Shown: positions 50,798 through 64,000 of the stretch, piece after piece
Layout of the letters: the number at the start of each line of letters is the position of its first letter
Numbering within the stretch: position 1 is the first letter of the stretch
From: Hydrolagus colliei
Lineage: Eukaryota
Direction of reading: 5' to 3'
Assembly (NCBI GenBank): GCA_035084275.1
Contig: CM068745.1
Span: 50,778,001 to 50,842,000, forward strand
DNA length: 64,000 nucleotides
The notes under the pieces: generated by a model
What the model was told of the DNA's origin: nothing
The model's input: only the letters and a program-made list of their open reading frames with translations
Databases searched by the model: none
Made by a program: the position numbers and the translations under genes

Positions 50798-53700
50798 TAC
50801 TACCCCTTGAGTGCTATGTAACAGGAGGTGTCAAAATATATCCTATGGACTGTACTGAAGTCAATCTGCCATATATGTTGGCACAGAGAGAGAGAGAGGT
50901 TTTGATTTCTTCAATCAGAGAAAATGTTCTCAAACATCGGAAACTATATTACTTAGTCTTTATCCAAAAAATCAATGTCAATGGAAATGGCATTAGATAT
51001 AATAGTCAGATATTTCAGGATTATCCAGCGCCCTCTTTCTGTTTAATGGCAATGCCCTTTAGTTGAAATCTGTTGCCTTTCGCAAATTCTACAAATGCTC
51101 TGAGGTAGGGTGTACATGAGTGATAGCAAATATGTTGATGTTAAAAATTCATTATTGTGTCAAAATTGTTGAAATACAACATGTAGAAAAATTCACAGCT
51201 GACATCAATAAAGGGAAAACTGCCATCCCTTCAGGATACTTTGACAGACACTGGCATCAGTTAAATCCAGCTGACATTTCCTTCCTGTTAAACTACGTAT
51301 TGAAGCATTGTTGAAGCATTAGTGAACTCTGCACCTTCTCCTAGAATCAGGCATTGATGTTTCTTCACTGTTTATCACTGATGTGATAAATATGATCACC
51401 AAAGAAATGTCTACTCATAATAGCAGCAATAGTACAGTAAGGTGGTGATAAAAGGCTGCTAGACGAATAAAGGAATGCCCTAGCAAGAAGAGTAGGAGAT
51501 TGTTGACCAGGACACTGGGATAAACTCCCTTCTCTTTTAAAGTAGTGCCGTGAGATCTTAAACATCCATTAGAAAAAGCCATTTTTGACAATTATGTTAG
51601 GAAATTAATATTAAATAATATAAAGACAATGTGTTTCTTTAATGCATTGACACAAATTGCTTTTGATGAAAATAAAACACATAAAACATAAAACGTACTG
51701 AGAACTCACTTGGAAAACTCACTAAACGAGTTTTAGTTTACCACATACACCTTGTCAGTTGTTGGGGTTCAGATTTATTTATTTTCTTTCTAAATGCCAA
51801 TTTCAAGCACTACACCCTAACCTCTGGAATTCCCTCTCTCTACCGTGCCATTTCACACCCTATATGTTTGTCTTTAAATCCTGCCTTGCAAGCCCCCTCT
51901 TTGACCACACCTAAGGTCACTTTTCCCTGTCTGGCATGAGCCAAACCGGGCAAATTCAGAAAATATTGAAACATGTTTAAATTCTAATTGGAAGCAAATT
52001 GAGAGCCATGATCTGGAAGAGTACATTGTTAACCAATGGGCACAAATAAATATTCCAGGGTAGTCAGTTGTGTTGCCATTTGAATTAAATAGAAAATTCA
52101 CATTCTTCAAAGCCAACAATTTGAATCTCTGCGATGTCAATGGGTTGCATGTTTTAAACATGGTTTAGACATCTAAGTTTTTTCAGTCCAGACAGAAACT
52201 GTTCAGTTTGATTTATGACAAAATACATTTAAAAAATAAAATAAATCCTCTCTTTTAGTATTATTACTGTTGCTATTTAATGTATCACTAATATTATTCT
52301 GCTCAAAGTCATTGCTTATGCACTACTGTGTTGCCTATGTATTTCATCTTACCCAATGCAGTTAGGTCTTGTAGGTTTCAGCAACTTACCAGTGCAATAT
52401 ACATATAAAATTTATTGCTTTCATAAAGTCTATACTGTGCTGCTTGACAAAGCATCAAACCCATAGCTGTGGTACCTTTCTGTCACCACTATTGCTGCTA
52501 ATCCCTGGCTCAATTTTGTACAAGATTATACAACAAATCTGCTTATGCCACAGAACTGTCAGCAAATTGATGCAATATAAAATAATAAGGAAATAAAAAA
52601 AACAATATTGGTAGCAAATGTCTTCAATTGAGCTGACGTTTTGTATAGCACAAAGCAATGCTGTCTGAAAGACCTCGACATGTCTTCTAATGTTAGCAAC
52701 ACCCCATTCTGTTTTAAATCCTACTGAATAATTAATTATAATTATCATGGTGCAGTTATTATCTGTGATAACAATATATCCTTAAGGTGAATGCAATATT
52801 CTACTACTACGTGTATGGCATTGCCTAATATGCTGAAGAAATATTGGTATAAGATAATTGTCTGGATTAACTTTAGATAAATTATCTTTAATTCGATTTT
52901 ATAAGTCCCTTGTTTTGGCCTTAAATTATAGAAATAACACACTTTGTTTGATGCTCAGGAAATACTTGGATTATAGGCTAAAAACATAACAACTACTACA
53001 AAATTATGATAATAATCAACAATTAAAGATCAAGTTCTATCGTTAACATCCCTTTTATTTTATAGATATAAATGATTGTGATCAACTATCATATCCTTAT
53101 CTCTTTTTTTCTTAATAAATAAATATGTGCAAGTAGTAAATTCTGATTAGATGATTGAAGAACTGTCTTCAAAGAGTTAGTGGTGTTGAGAGTGTGAAAA
53201 AGCTGATTTAACACACTATTGAATTAAAACTGAACCTGAAACACCGATAAGTCAATTCTTAAACTAACCTAAACTGGGTTTTTACTCTTTCCAATCAGTT
53301 TCTTTGTTTATCTAACCCATTATTGCATTTTAAATGCAAATAATATTGAATTTGTTTGGGTTTCATCAAACAAAAATTATCAGTTCAAAGAAACGGAGCA
53401 CTTTTCCACTTTAGCAACCCAGTTTCAGATTCAAGGGCTCCTCGGTGAAATGCAGCATTGCCAGATGTAAAGAATCTTACTGTGTTTCCTTCGGCTGAGG
53501 ATGCTTCTCTGGTGGTCATAAATTTAACAATCGTAGCAAGTGGGTCTTTTTTCCCACTGTTTGGGAAATTCCATTAAAAGTTCACATCAGCAAAGTCAGT
53601 AAATTTCCTGATCAGTAGGTAATTGAGGTCAATGTATTTCCTATTCATTAACAAATGGGATCCTGCCTCAACTACAACCTCGGATGAGCAGCCCTGTTGA

Positions 53701-56569
53701 ATCACTGTGAATTTTTATATTTACTATCCTAGACGAATGAATATGAAAATTATAAAACAAACCTGGAGTCTGATTTCATTACAACAACAACTTGCATTTA
53801 CAAGGGGAAGTGTCTCGAAGAAGTCCCTGAAAATGCCAGAGAAAACAACCTATTGATTAAATTGTATCGCAAAAATATTACCCTGCGCCTGTCTAACAGT
53901 CTTGTACAATGGTTAAAAACAATGAGCCTGACCTGTGTTATCGATAAGCATATATTTATCCATTGGTGCATATCAAAATTTTCAAAGAAACACATACCAT
54001 TGATAAATGGCATCTCTCTATTTATTGTGCTGAAGAGCTTTAACAACTCTCTCCTGTAATTTTTCAGCAGATATCCCTGTTAAAAAGCACTAGAAGATGG
54101 GAGTTTGAAGTCACTTGTGGTGCTCTTTTACATCGTTGGAGCATTCTGGTGCGAATGATACTGATAGGAAGCGACACTTCTGCCTGTTGTCACTAACTTA
54201 TGGTAATTAGTGTTGTGTCTTAAGTGGTACCAGGACTGCTGCATCCAAACATAAGCCATTAACATATTGCAGCTGTCATCAGCAGGGAAACATAATGGAG
54301 TTAGTGGATCTGTAAAACAGTGCATACCTTGGCTCACTCAACTAAACTGCCCATAATGGGGTCATCAGGGATGGTTGGAGTAAGGCTGGATTGTAGCCAG
54401 TTAGTATTTTTTTTCTGGGTTTACTTGGCATGCATTATTCATTGACTTCAAGGTCATTCTTTCAGCAGAAGAAAAAAAATCACATTGCATTTTACTTCCT
54501 TTTGTATACCGTATCATCCAGCCACTGGCAATGAGCCCATCAACAGTGTGCGTGTTAATGAGATGCCACCAACCTGCAAAAGATTAGGATTACGAATGGG
54601 ACTGGTTGAAATTGGTTAGTTTGAACAGCCCTGGCTGGACAAACAGCTTTGATCAATTTAATTCAAATTTTGTGTAAAATGACTGTATGCGTTGCTTGTC
54701 ATTCATGTTGGTTTTTCCCAGAGTTTTGGTGTGTCCTCCCAACGTGAAACACATTATACCAATGCAATTTGGTGTTGTGGTATGCACTTGATGGCAGATG
54801 TGGAGTGGTATTTCTATTAAAGGCTCCAGCTCATTGGCTTCATCATTGCATTAACCACTTCAGACTAACTTCAAAATCAAAATTCTGATTATTTTAATGA
54901 TACACACCTACTGTCTCCACAATCACGCTGATGTGAACTGGGAACTTATCACCTATAGAGTTTAAATTCAGTCACTCTGAGACAAAAGTACTATACACAA
55001 CATTTATTTTAGGATAACGTGAATTTGAAAACATTTATTATATGTGGATAATACTTATTAATAATATAGGGAAGAAATGTGAAACTAAGTCATGCTGGGT
55101 TTCGTGTTTGCATGTGCATGTGTATACAAAGTGATCTGGGTTGCTACCCTACATGAGGACCACTATCTAAATGCAAGTTGTTGTTGTTGTAGTACACGTG
55201 AAAGGCAGCAATTTTTAATGCATTCAAATAGTTAATTGAAATTATCTGCCACTTGTTACCAAAACAACCTCAATTTACAGCAAAAACAACAATGCAGTAA
55301 AAGGGGTTCATTGTGAGTGGTGTTCAAAGTATTAGGGCCATTTTACACTACAAAAATAACATGACACATTGAACACAAGAAATAACAGTCACCATTTGTT
55401 CACTCTCTGTGAATGTGCAAACAATGTATGTATCCTGAGTCCATGAACTACGTTTTGAATCATTTTGAAAAGGTATAGTCAGTCCATGAATAACCAGAAA
55501 ATTGCTGGCCTGTTTTCATTCTTGTAAAGAACTTCACAACCTGCTTGTGTCCAATGCCATCATCAGTTAGTACTTCTTTTTCCCAAAGTACAGTTACTAT
55601 ACACCAGCAGCAAAGCAATATATGTCTTTTCAAATAATAAATTATAGTTGTGTTGTGCTTTTATGTAGCAAACTCAAATTCAGCTAAAGATGCTGCTTAC
55701 ATAAGATAACTCTATGGAATGTCTGAGAATTGCTTCTCTTTATTGTTAAGTCTGAATCTCGGATACACATCTGGAAGAGAGAAACACAAGGAGTAAATTT
55801 GCCCTTTAGTAAATCTTGAGACCTTCTTGCAGCTGCTAGAAGGTGCAATGGTAATTGCCTGAAAGTGCATGGTTGTACTCAGCCTCTCAGTCATGGGACA
55901 ATTTGGTGATTGAGAGAGATCAAAAAGGAAGAAACTAAAGAAGTAAAAAGCGCAGCAATAACTCGGCTGCATTGCTCATCTTTTCCCCAAAAGGTGTATT
56001 GCAAATACTGATGAAAATGAATTATGTACACACAAAACAAAGTGTAATGGGACCAATGACTGCTCCTATTCTCTTTGTTTCTGTACTTCTGTCAAGGGGC
56101 TAACATGATCAATAACAATTTTCAACCAATTTATAGACTTAGAAATACATCACTGGAATTGCAAGGCACTTTAATTCCCTGAATTAAGCATTAAAATGCT
56201 TACATACAAATGGCCCTCCTACTCCTCCTTTGGAAATACTTATACTTTTTACTCCCAAGAACTGAAGCACTATTCTATTCTGAAAGTTAAAAACATAACC
56301 CGATTGCAATTTATTTTATTTTGATAATGCCATCAATTCAAATGCATGGTTCACCATCAGAACTCAGAGTAAACCTTTTTGTTTTTTCCCATCCAACTTG
56401 CCTTTTTGTTCATTGAAGGTGTCTACACTTTCTGGGATAATGGTTCCAAAGGCATGAACTGTCTTATCAAGACTTCAACCGAAATGGTTAAATTAAAACA
56501 GAGACTCCAGAAATAAACAATCATGTGTATAAACATATCCAGTCAAACGGATACAAATTTGTCATTAGA

Positions 56570-56810
56570 TGTCAGCCAAGAGTGTCAACTGTGAAAGGCA
56601 GCATGGCCCTATCTTGTCCTCACTCAACATTCTCACACATGCACAGTCCAGCAGGGGTTTACTGCATACCAATAAGGGGTAGAATTTCCCTTCCTTAGCC
56701 AACAGGGCACTAAGCTTAATTGTAACGTTCCTGCTGCTGCTCCTACTGAGATCAACTAACTGCACAGACTGTGTAGCAAACCAGGGACCTTCTGGGTTTG
56801 CAAGGCTCAG
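56570..56810 (-). mobile_element. Ancient tRNA-SINE (AmnSINE2-like); related + strand fragment at ~41585-41706
   Basis: CTGAGATCAACTAACTGCACAGAC is complementary to AGTTGACTGATCTCAG at ~41604; degenerate B box nearby. Confidence 0.45.
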
Positions 56811-56975
56811 TTTCTCTGAATAGATTGATTTTGTCAGAGGAATCTGTTTAAACTTTGCCAACGATTTCACTAAGGAAACTAGCTCAGCAACAATACATTG
56901 CTTAATTGTGAGATAGAAAGGTGAGTTCATGTGAAATTGCCATAGTGCTTCACTGTCTTTAAATACAGTTAAATA

Positions 56976-57255
56976 GAGCTCCTGTGGCTTAGTGGTTAGA
57001 GCACTTGTCTTCAAGCTGGGGAGACCAAGCTGGGGAGACCTGTGTTCGAATCCAGGTAGATCAGGCCGAAACCTTGGGCAAGTTTCCTTATTCCATACTC
57101 CTAATAATAATCCATCCAAAAAAACCACAATAATAAAATTGCCCATTTCAATCCACGACTGTTTGTGGGACACTGCTGTGCGCAATAGGCTGCCGCGATT
57201 TGAAAGTGCTTTGATTCATCTCGAAGGTGTGATGAGCAAAATGCAAGGATCATTT
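56976..57255 (+). mobile_element. Family A SINE, same duplicated-head subfamily, internally deleted 3' part
   Basis: Highly similar to 49056-49280; tandem at 57012-57039. Confidence 0.88.
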
Positions 57256-59870
57256 TGCTCATTCCACTACTAAACAATGAGAATTTGAGCCACTTTTACC
57301 CAATACTGCAGTTTCACTGATACTAAAAGTAAACAGTCTTACAGATTTAGCCAAGGTGAAATGTTAGCCCAACCAAGACTTTCCAAGCAATGCAGTATAT
57401 CATATATTCAAGAAACCTTTAACAATGTCAATAAGATGAAAGAGATTCAGGACTCAATTGTATACTAACGGATACAGTGCCATTTGAAAACAGATATTTA
57501 AAAGTATATCAAATTATTGTGGTCTCAAACCACTCTCTGCCTGCGTAGTCTTCTGCTGTCTTTGCATTACATTTTTAGCATGCTCTTAACATTAATTCTA
57601 AGTATTGAAAGGAACTGACTGTCTCATCAGATCAAAATCACACTGTCAATGAACCTGATTTGGAACAGGAAGAAATCTCCTTACAGTACAGTATATAGGT
57701 GTTTGTAGACACATGTGTAGAATACTGCTTTTCTCCCACTTTGCAGTGATGCAAGCGGATAATGTGAAAGTGACTCCTCATATGACTGCCTTTGCTGAAT
57801 ATCACACTGCACTGATGCGTTCAGCATAAAGAGAGGTTTAAAGCATATGTACATCTGTTAAAGTCCTGTATCCTGAGTCCAAATTGCTGTAATCCATGGT
57901 ATACGCTTTTAAAGCTTTCAAAACTCAGCCCCTCATGAATACAGTGCCTAGTTACAAGATTTAAATTTCCAAAGTCACTGAAGATGAATGTCCAACGCTG
58001 CATCAACATCACAATAAACATTGGTGGTAAATGACAGGAATTGATCGCTGTCCCCTTGTCTGACAGTTCTCCAGATTTTATTTCCAGCATTTTTAGTGCA
58101 GCTTGAAAAGAGGCGCAGTCAAATTCTGCCATGGCCTGAGGGCACTGCTACCTGGCTCTCTATCTTCTCTTCAATTAGCAGGCCTCCCGACTTTATCCTG
58201 AGATGTAGTTCCGACTAGGGACCAAGATTCTAGCTGGTATTGATTAGACATAATGTGGTGTGAAAGCTGAATAAAGGGGTTGGATGATCAAAAATGTTCT
58301 GTATGTGACAGGCCAAAAAATCTTGATGAGCTCTGATTTCTTGCTCAGAGAAGTTTCATTGGTTTCAATAAAGAAATTTCTTGGACAGAAAGAGTCCAGT
58401 GGACCTGCTGCCAACAGGACAGACAGATTGGGATTTGACAAGTGCATGTCAGAATTTACCTCGGCTCATTGTACATACTGTACTATATTTCAGAAGTACT
58501 TCTGAAGGGAAACTGGGCTAATAATATGCAAGCATTATAAAAAAATCTTGACTATTGTCCCTGTCAAAATCAATAGCAGGCTGAACAGTTTGTCATTTGT
58601 TTTATGGATTGACCATCTCCTTCTCTTGGCAAATCCAATAGACATAAATTAAAAAATGAAATTAAAAAATCACATTTACAGAGTAGAGTACTTTTTGTTT
58701 AAAAAAGCTCCATCATCTCAACATTGAGATGTTGAAACATGAAGGGTCTCAATCAACTTAACAAAAAATGGAAATATTCAGCTATTTATCTTCTTTCAGT
58801 GTGTGACAAACTTGTTTTTAAAAAATGCTGGTTATTTTAAACACGCTGAGCTCTGTGATGGTAAAAAATTAATGATCAATCTTGTCTTAAATCATGTTCA
58901 TTTTCACACATCTTAATGACTAAGATGAGCTGCTGCCTAATTTATACATTTGAAGACCTGCATTCTTGCACTAAATAAGAAAACAAAAGGGGTTTGACTT
59001 TAATATCATAGCAAAAAAACACAAGAAAAGAAGCCTCATATAGGGTGTGTAGCCTCCAGTTACACACCATAATATTTAGCAGTTGGAACAAATACTAGAA
59101 CATAACCCCTGAAGTTAAATGATTGAAAAACTACATTTCTAAAAACTTCAAAAAGAAGGAAATAAAGTATTGAACAGACTAATGTGGATTTGAAAAAGTG
59201 TATCTTGAAAACATGTAATGTATGAAGAGTGATCTACTTGTTCAGCAGCAATGAATAGGTATTCTACTTAGTAAATAATAATGAATGATTATTAATGAAA
59301 AACAACATGTACATAGATTAACGTTTTGTCAGACAGCAATCCCAACTTCCATTTCAAGCATGGAAGAACTGTATAACTCTTGAATACAGCTGGTCTTTCA
59401 TGAGAGCAAAACAAGTCATGATTATACTGCCTGACCATGTGTTTTATTATGTGGCTGTCACATCAATAACATAGTAGAACTATTAATCTTGCATGTATGT
59501 GTATGTATTTGGGAAATAGAAAATGAGAAACAGCATTTCAATAGCATTGATACTTGCATTGTTGATTTCACCATTATTATCTGAAAAGTATCTGCTGAAG
59601 GAAGAATTATCTTCATATATGTGAACTATGAATTGCTTCTGTACATTGAGTAATAATACTAATACTTGCTTTTGATGTAGCAACGTATCATATCATCAAG
59701 ACTCCTCAAAGCGCTTCACAGAATACACTGTAAAGTGGATTGACTGTCTACTTTGTGACTGAGTACAAAGTAAAAAGTGGTCAGTAAAAAGATAAATCTC
59801 TTCATTAAGCTCGCTTTACCATGGATGGTATATATGCTATACTGGCAAGTGGAAAATCTGGTAAGATTTA

Positions 59871-60300
59871 AACAACTTGCATTTATACAGCACCCTCCAC
59901 TCCGGGCGGTGGCCCAGAGTGCTTAACAATGGTGGAACCCAAGGCCAAGCCAGGGGAGGGGGCTGAAGACACGGTTCAAGAGTAAATGGTGCCCTTCACG
60001 TGGAGCAGTATCTTGGAGTACTTAATAGTGGCAGGGCTTGATACTGAGCCAGGGAGAGGGGAGATTACTGTTGCACATGAGGAAGGTCTTCAGATTTGAG
60101 TTGAAAATGGAGGAGAAGGGATTATGGGAGAGTATTTCAGAGTCTCGGTGCATAGTGGCTAAAAATACAGTAGCGGGTGGAGTGGAGGGAATGGGCTGTG
60201 TAAGAGGCTGGAGCCAGCAGAGTGAAGGGGACTGATAGAGGAGTGGGATGCACGCAGGATGAAGGGATAGGGAGGTGCCAGGGCATGAGGTGATTTGTAC
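59871..60300 (-). mobile_element. L2 LINE 3' fragment with doubled tail
   Basis: AACAACTTGCATTTATACAGCACCCTCCAC tail plus a purine-rich ORF2 C-terminal relic. Confidence 0.75.
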
Positions 60301-60468
60301 ATTTATTTTTAACTGTTTTACTGAATATATTCTATCTTGGGAACATTATACCACAGCCGCAAAAATAGTCAAAATAAATTAACTGTTCCTTTTCTCATAT
60401 AAATCTACTGTAAGCACAAATGCATGAATATATGTACACTTATTCGTACATGTACATCATGGTTCTGA

Positions 60469-60974
60469 GGTTCTAGTCGCATAGATACTGTGTGCAGTTC
60501 TGGTTACCGCAATATAAAATGGATAGCGATTGAGAGGATACAAAGGACTGGACGACGAGGAGTGATTAGATAAACTGGGCTTGTTTACACTGAAAAAGAG
60601 AAGGTTGAGGGGAGATATGATTAGCATATTTAGATTATGAAGGCAATAGATAATGTAGACCATGATAAGCTATTTTATCTTTTACTGAACAGTGGACAAA
60701 GTGTCCTGCGATTGAAGGGGGATAAATTCAGAACTAATTTGCAAAAACACCACTTTTGAGCAAGTAGTAAACATACGGAACAGGCTCCCTGGGGAGACAG
60801 TGGAATCAGGAAATGTTTGTTTATTTCAAGAATAAATGAGATAAACTTCTGCTGGAAAATAATATCTTAAGATACAGTATGTAGTTTGGGACACAACAAG
60901 TCAACTGACTGCCAGAATGGTGGAAGGTGAACTAAATGGACCTTGATCTTTTGCCTAACAAATTCTTATGTTCT
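60469..60974 (+). mobile_element. CR1 LINE 3' fragment
   Basis: YCVQFW and LEKRRLRGDMI-like relics, WNRLP-like segment, ATTCTTATGTTCTT tail. Confidence 0.85.
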
Positions 60975-61239
60975 TCAAATTTAAGATTGCAGAGAATTGT
61001 AAAAAATTCTTAAATGTAGCCTTAGTGGAAGAAATGGTCTCTTTATATAAACTAAGAAAAAATGGCTTCTAAATTAAGAAAGAATTCAAATCCTGTACAA
61101 TCTTAACTTTTATTAGACAAACTAGTGTTACCGGTAAAGAACTGGTAGAATTTCAGGTTAAATGTTTATGTTTTAAAGGTACAAGGATAAAACTGTCAAG
61201 CTATTTATCTATTTATTTACGTTAAATCTATTTCTATTA

Positions 61240-61905
61240 CCAAGACCCACTGTGCCTTCTCCCACCTCTGTAATATTGCCTGGCTCTGGCACTGCCTCAC
61301 CTCTCTGGTTTCTGAAATCCTCATCCATTCTCATCACATCTTTGTTCGACTCTGCCAACTCCATGCCTGTCAGCCTTCCCAACTCTTCACTCCACAATCT
61401 GTAGATCATCCGGAACTCTGCAGCCCATGCCCTCTTCTGCAACCAGGCTCTGTAACTCTATAATCCCTATCCTCGTTGAGTCCACTGGCTTCCCATCACA
61501 CAGAGGATACAGTTCAGGATCTTGGTCCTTACTTTCAAAGACCTCCATATTCTTGCTCCATCCTAACTTTGTCATCTGCTGACTCCATACCAACCTATCC
61601 CCTCCCTCCGTTCAGCAGGCTCTTCCTGCTCCACATCCCCACCGAGCCCGCTTATCATCAATGGCCTGGCTGTTAGCCATTGTGCCCTTACTCTATGGAA
61701 CTCCACCCACATTTCATTTACCTTGCTCCTTCTCCTGCATCCTTTAAGGCACGTCTCTAAATTCTCCTCATCGACCAAGCCTTTGGCCACCCTTCTACCC
61801 TCCCTGCTATCCATTCTTCCTGATACCGATCCAAATCCATGACTGATCAGTGCCTTGAGAAATATTGCCTGAAATGAGCTATATAAACGGAATTTTGTAT
61901 TGTAT
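61240..61905 (+). mobile_element. L2 LINE 3' fragment
   Basis: AFSHLCNIAWL, HWLP and LWNS relics, followed by an L2-type tail GCTATATAAA. Confidence 0.85.
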
Positions 61906-63263
61906 TGGCTTTAACTCCGCAGCTCTATCCCTCAGTATTTCACCAAAATACAACATTGACAAGTCTGAAGTCTAAGTACCAATATTTCTTTCACCTCTTT
62001 GCGGGTCATTGGTGAAGGAAATGTTCATAGAACAGAGAAGCGCTCTGAGACGCTGTCCAGCGTGGAGGGTGCTATATAATCAAAGTTGTTGTTGTTGTTC
62101 ATCACATGCAGATAAATCTTAGAGACAATTCAATTCCAATAAACATCAAAGATTTTTGACTGTATTTCCTTCACATATCGGGCTGGTTTGGCAACATCTG
62201 TGGATGCAGTCAAATTCTCTAAGAATCTAATATAGGTATCTGAAAATCGTTGATGAACCTACAAATTGAGAAAATTTAAGATTAGGCTTTAAATTGAGAA
62301 AGAAAGACTGAAGGCTGTCCAGTATGAATGTCTTCGAATACACTATTATAGCAACCACTGGTGGATCTTTTGGTAGATAAGCAAATGCTGGAAATGAAAG
62401 AGGACCACCCACAGACCTTCATTGGAAAGAAGTTTGCATAGATAAGATGTGGAGTCTAACTCAGACATTGGCAATGTGAGAGTCTTAATATCAGAACCAT
62501 AGTAATTTACACTTGTTTCAATGAGAGCCTCAAGGAAAGTGGATCTTTTCCATGTTTTATCCACAAAACAGACAGTCATACCATTTTACAGTATTTCCTG
62601 TGTTTTGTCAAGTTCTGACAATATAATAAGGCACTATATCAAATTATTGTAATATCTATCAGGAAAGGCAAAAAGCAACTGGATGTTAATGGATGGTCAA
62701 ATAGATAAGTAGATATATCTGTTAAAAGGAAAGAACCTCTTGTTTATGTATGTAGTTTTGTCATTAATATTTGAATGATAGGAAGGATGAAGCAGACAGT
62801 TTTATTCAGGTTAAACTTTTTGCTTATCAAGATTATGGATAGCCATATTGAGGAATGCACAATTTTCTTAGTCATTTGAATCCAATATTATATTGAGCAT
62901 ACAGATTCAGAGTAAAACTCCTTAATAATGTGGCTGCAAGACAACATCCATTATACAGTACAGTATACCAATACAATTGTTCTGTAACCCATAGAGTTCA
63001 TCTTTGCTGCCAAACTATAGATAATGTTGTCCTCAGCATCAATCGACTAGAAACTAGTTTAAAACTGTCAAAACTTGTTTTAAGAAATACCAATTCTGTA
63101 AAGTGAAGCAAGGTATTATGAGTTAATTGGAAATGGGGAATTGTCATTTTTGTAGTGAGATTTACTCTGCTTTTCTCTACTCTTCCCACAACATTGTTCG
63201 AGTTATGGGAAATCCAACAAGTTGAGATATTCAGCAAATCTCTGCGGAATATGAGAATCTGAA

Positions 63264-63279
63264 CCAGCAGGTGGTGCTA
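63264..63279 (+). promoter_or_regulatory. CTCF core motif candidate
   Basis: CCAGCAGGTGGTGCTA, one C>T change from CCAGCAGGTGGCGCTA. Confidence 0.45.
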
Positions 63280-64000
63280 AAACAATAACAGTTTTTACGT
63301 GCAATGTTTGTACTTTGTGTACTGTCTCACTCTGGAAGCATTGTGGACTACCAGAAGTTAAGATGAAAAAAACCCTGGGAGATGTAGTATTGGCAGTAAT
63401 TAGAACAATAAAGGAGCTACATAAACAGAAATCCATGCTTCTCTGGCTGATATAATAGGAGAATATTTCTCATACAAGTTTAACTCTGCTTTACTCTTCT
63501 TTTTCTGCAACATTGTTCCAGCTGTGCGACATTCAATAAAGTGAGAAATCCTTTCTTCTTTTTATAAGAACTTTTGTCCTGAATAAGAAATGTACTGTGA
63601 CAGAAAATAGTCAGAAGATTAAAAAAGCATTAGAGAGCTCAGCTCTTCGCAGAGTCAGGCTGTGCCCAAAGGGTAGAAGAGAAACTGAACTTCAACAGTT
63701 AGTTAAGCTACAATAAGGTAGACATTAACATTTCTGCTTAAGAAGTTCTGTTGACCAAATGATTCTTGATTCACAAGATCATTGTGAACATTTACTAATT
63801 CATATTAATACTTATTAATATGGGATTAAAAATATGATTGTTTTTGATCAGCCATATCATTGGCACATGCAGTAATCTATCACATGCTTAACAATATCCA
63901 AATCCAAACTGAAATTTCCATGCATCCCACCTACATGTGGAGATTCCAGCAAAATAATTCTCTGCCTGGAGGGCCACAACTTGCTGACTTATTTCAAAGA

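Noticed and set aside
56565-57185. 206-aa minus-strand ORF with an apparent paralog at 49070-49255
   Set aside because: The similarity is shared SINE sequence read antisense; the frame spans two unrelated repeats.

Overview
Vertebrate genomic DNA, probably from a cartilaginous fish (inferred from the CR1, L2, Deu-domain SINE and LF-SINE-like repeats). There is one protein-coding gene: a two-exon POU class IV factor with POU4F1 (Brn3a)-diagnostic residues (CDS 6679-6801 + 7232-8194, 361 aa, + strand). The first ~21 kb around it is CpG-retaining and nearly free of long repeats. It holds a ZNF143 promoter motif, a candidate Brn3a autoregulatory site cluster ~4.8 kb upstream, a motif-dense 3'UTR and a CTCF motif. 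The remaining ~42 kb is a CpG-depleted gene desert with many SINE and LINE relics and several enhancer-like islands. There are three assembly gaps. I found no novel protein-coding system. The best leads are regulatory architecture and retroelement biology: a young SINE derived from an older Deu-domain SINE, three-level nesting, a hammerhead-like relic and an LF-SINE-like copy. Family names come from remembered consensus sequences, not searches, and repeat boundaries are approximate.
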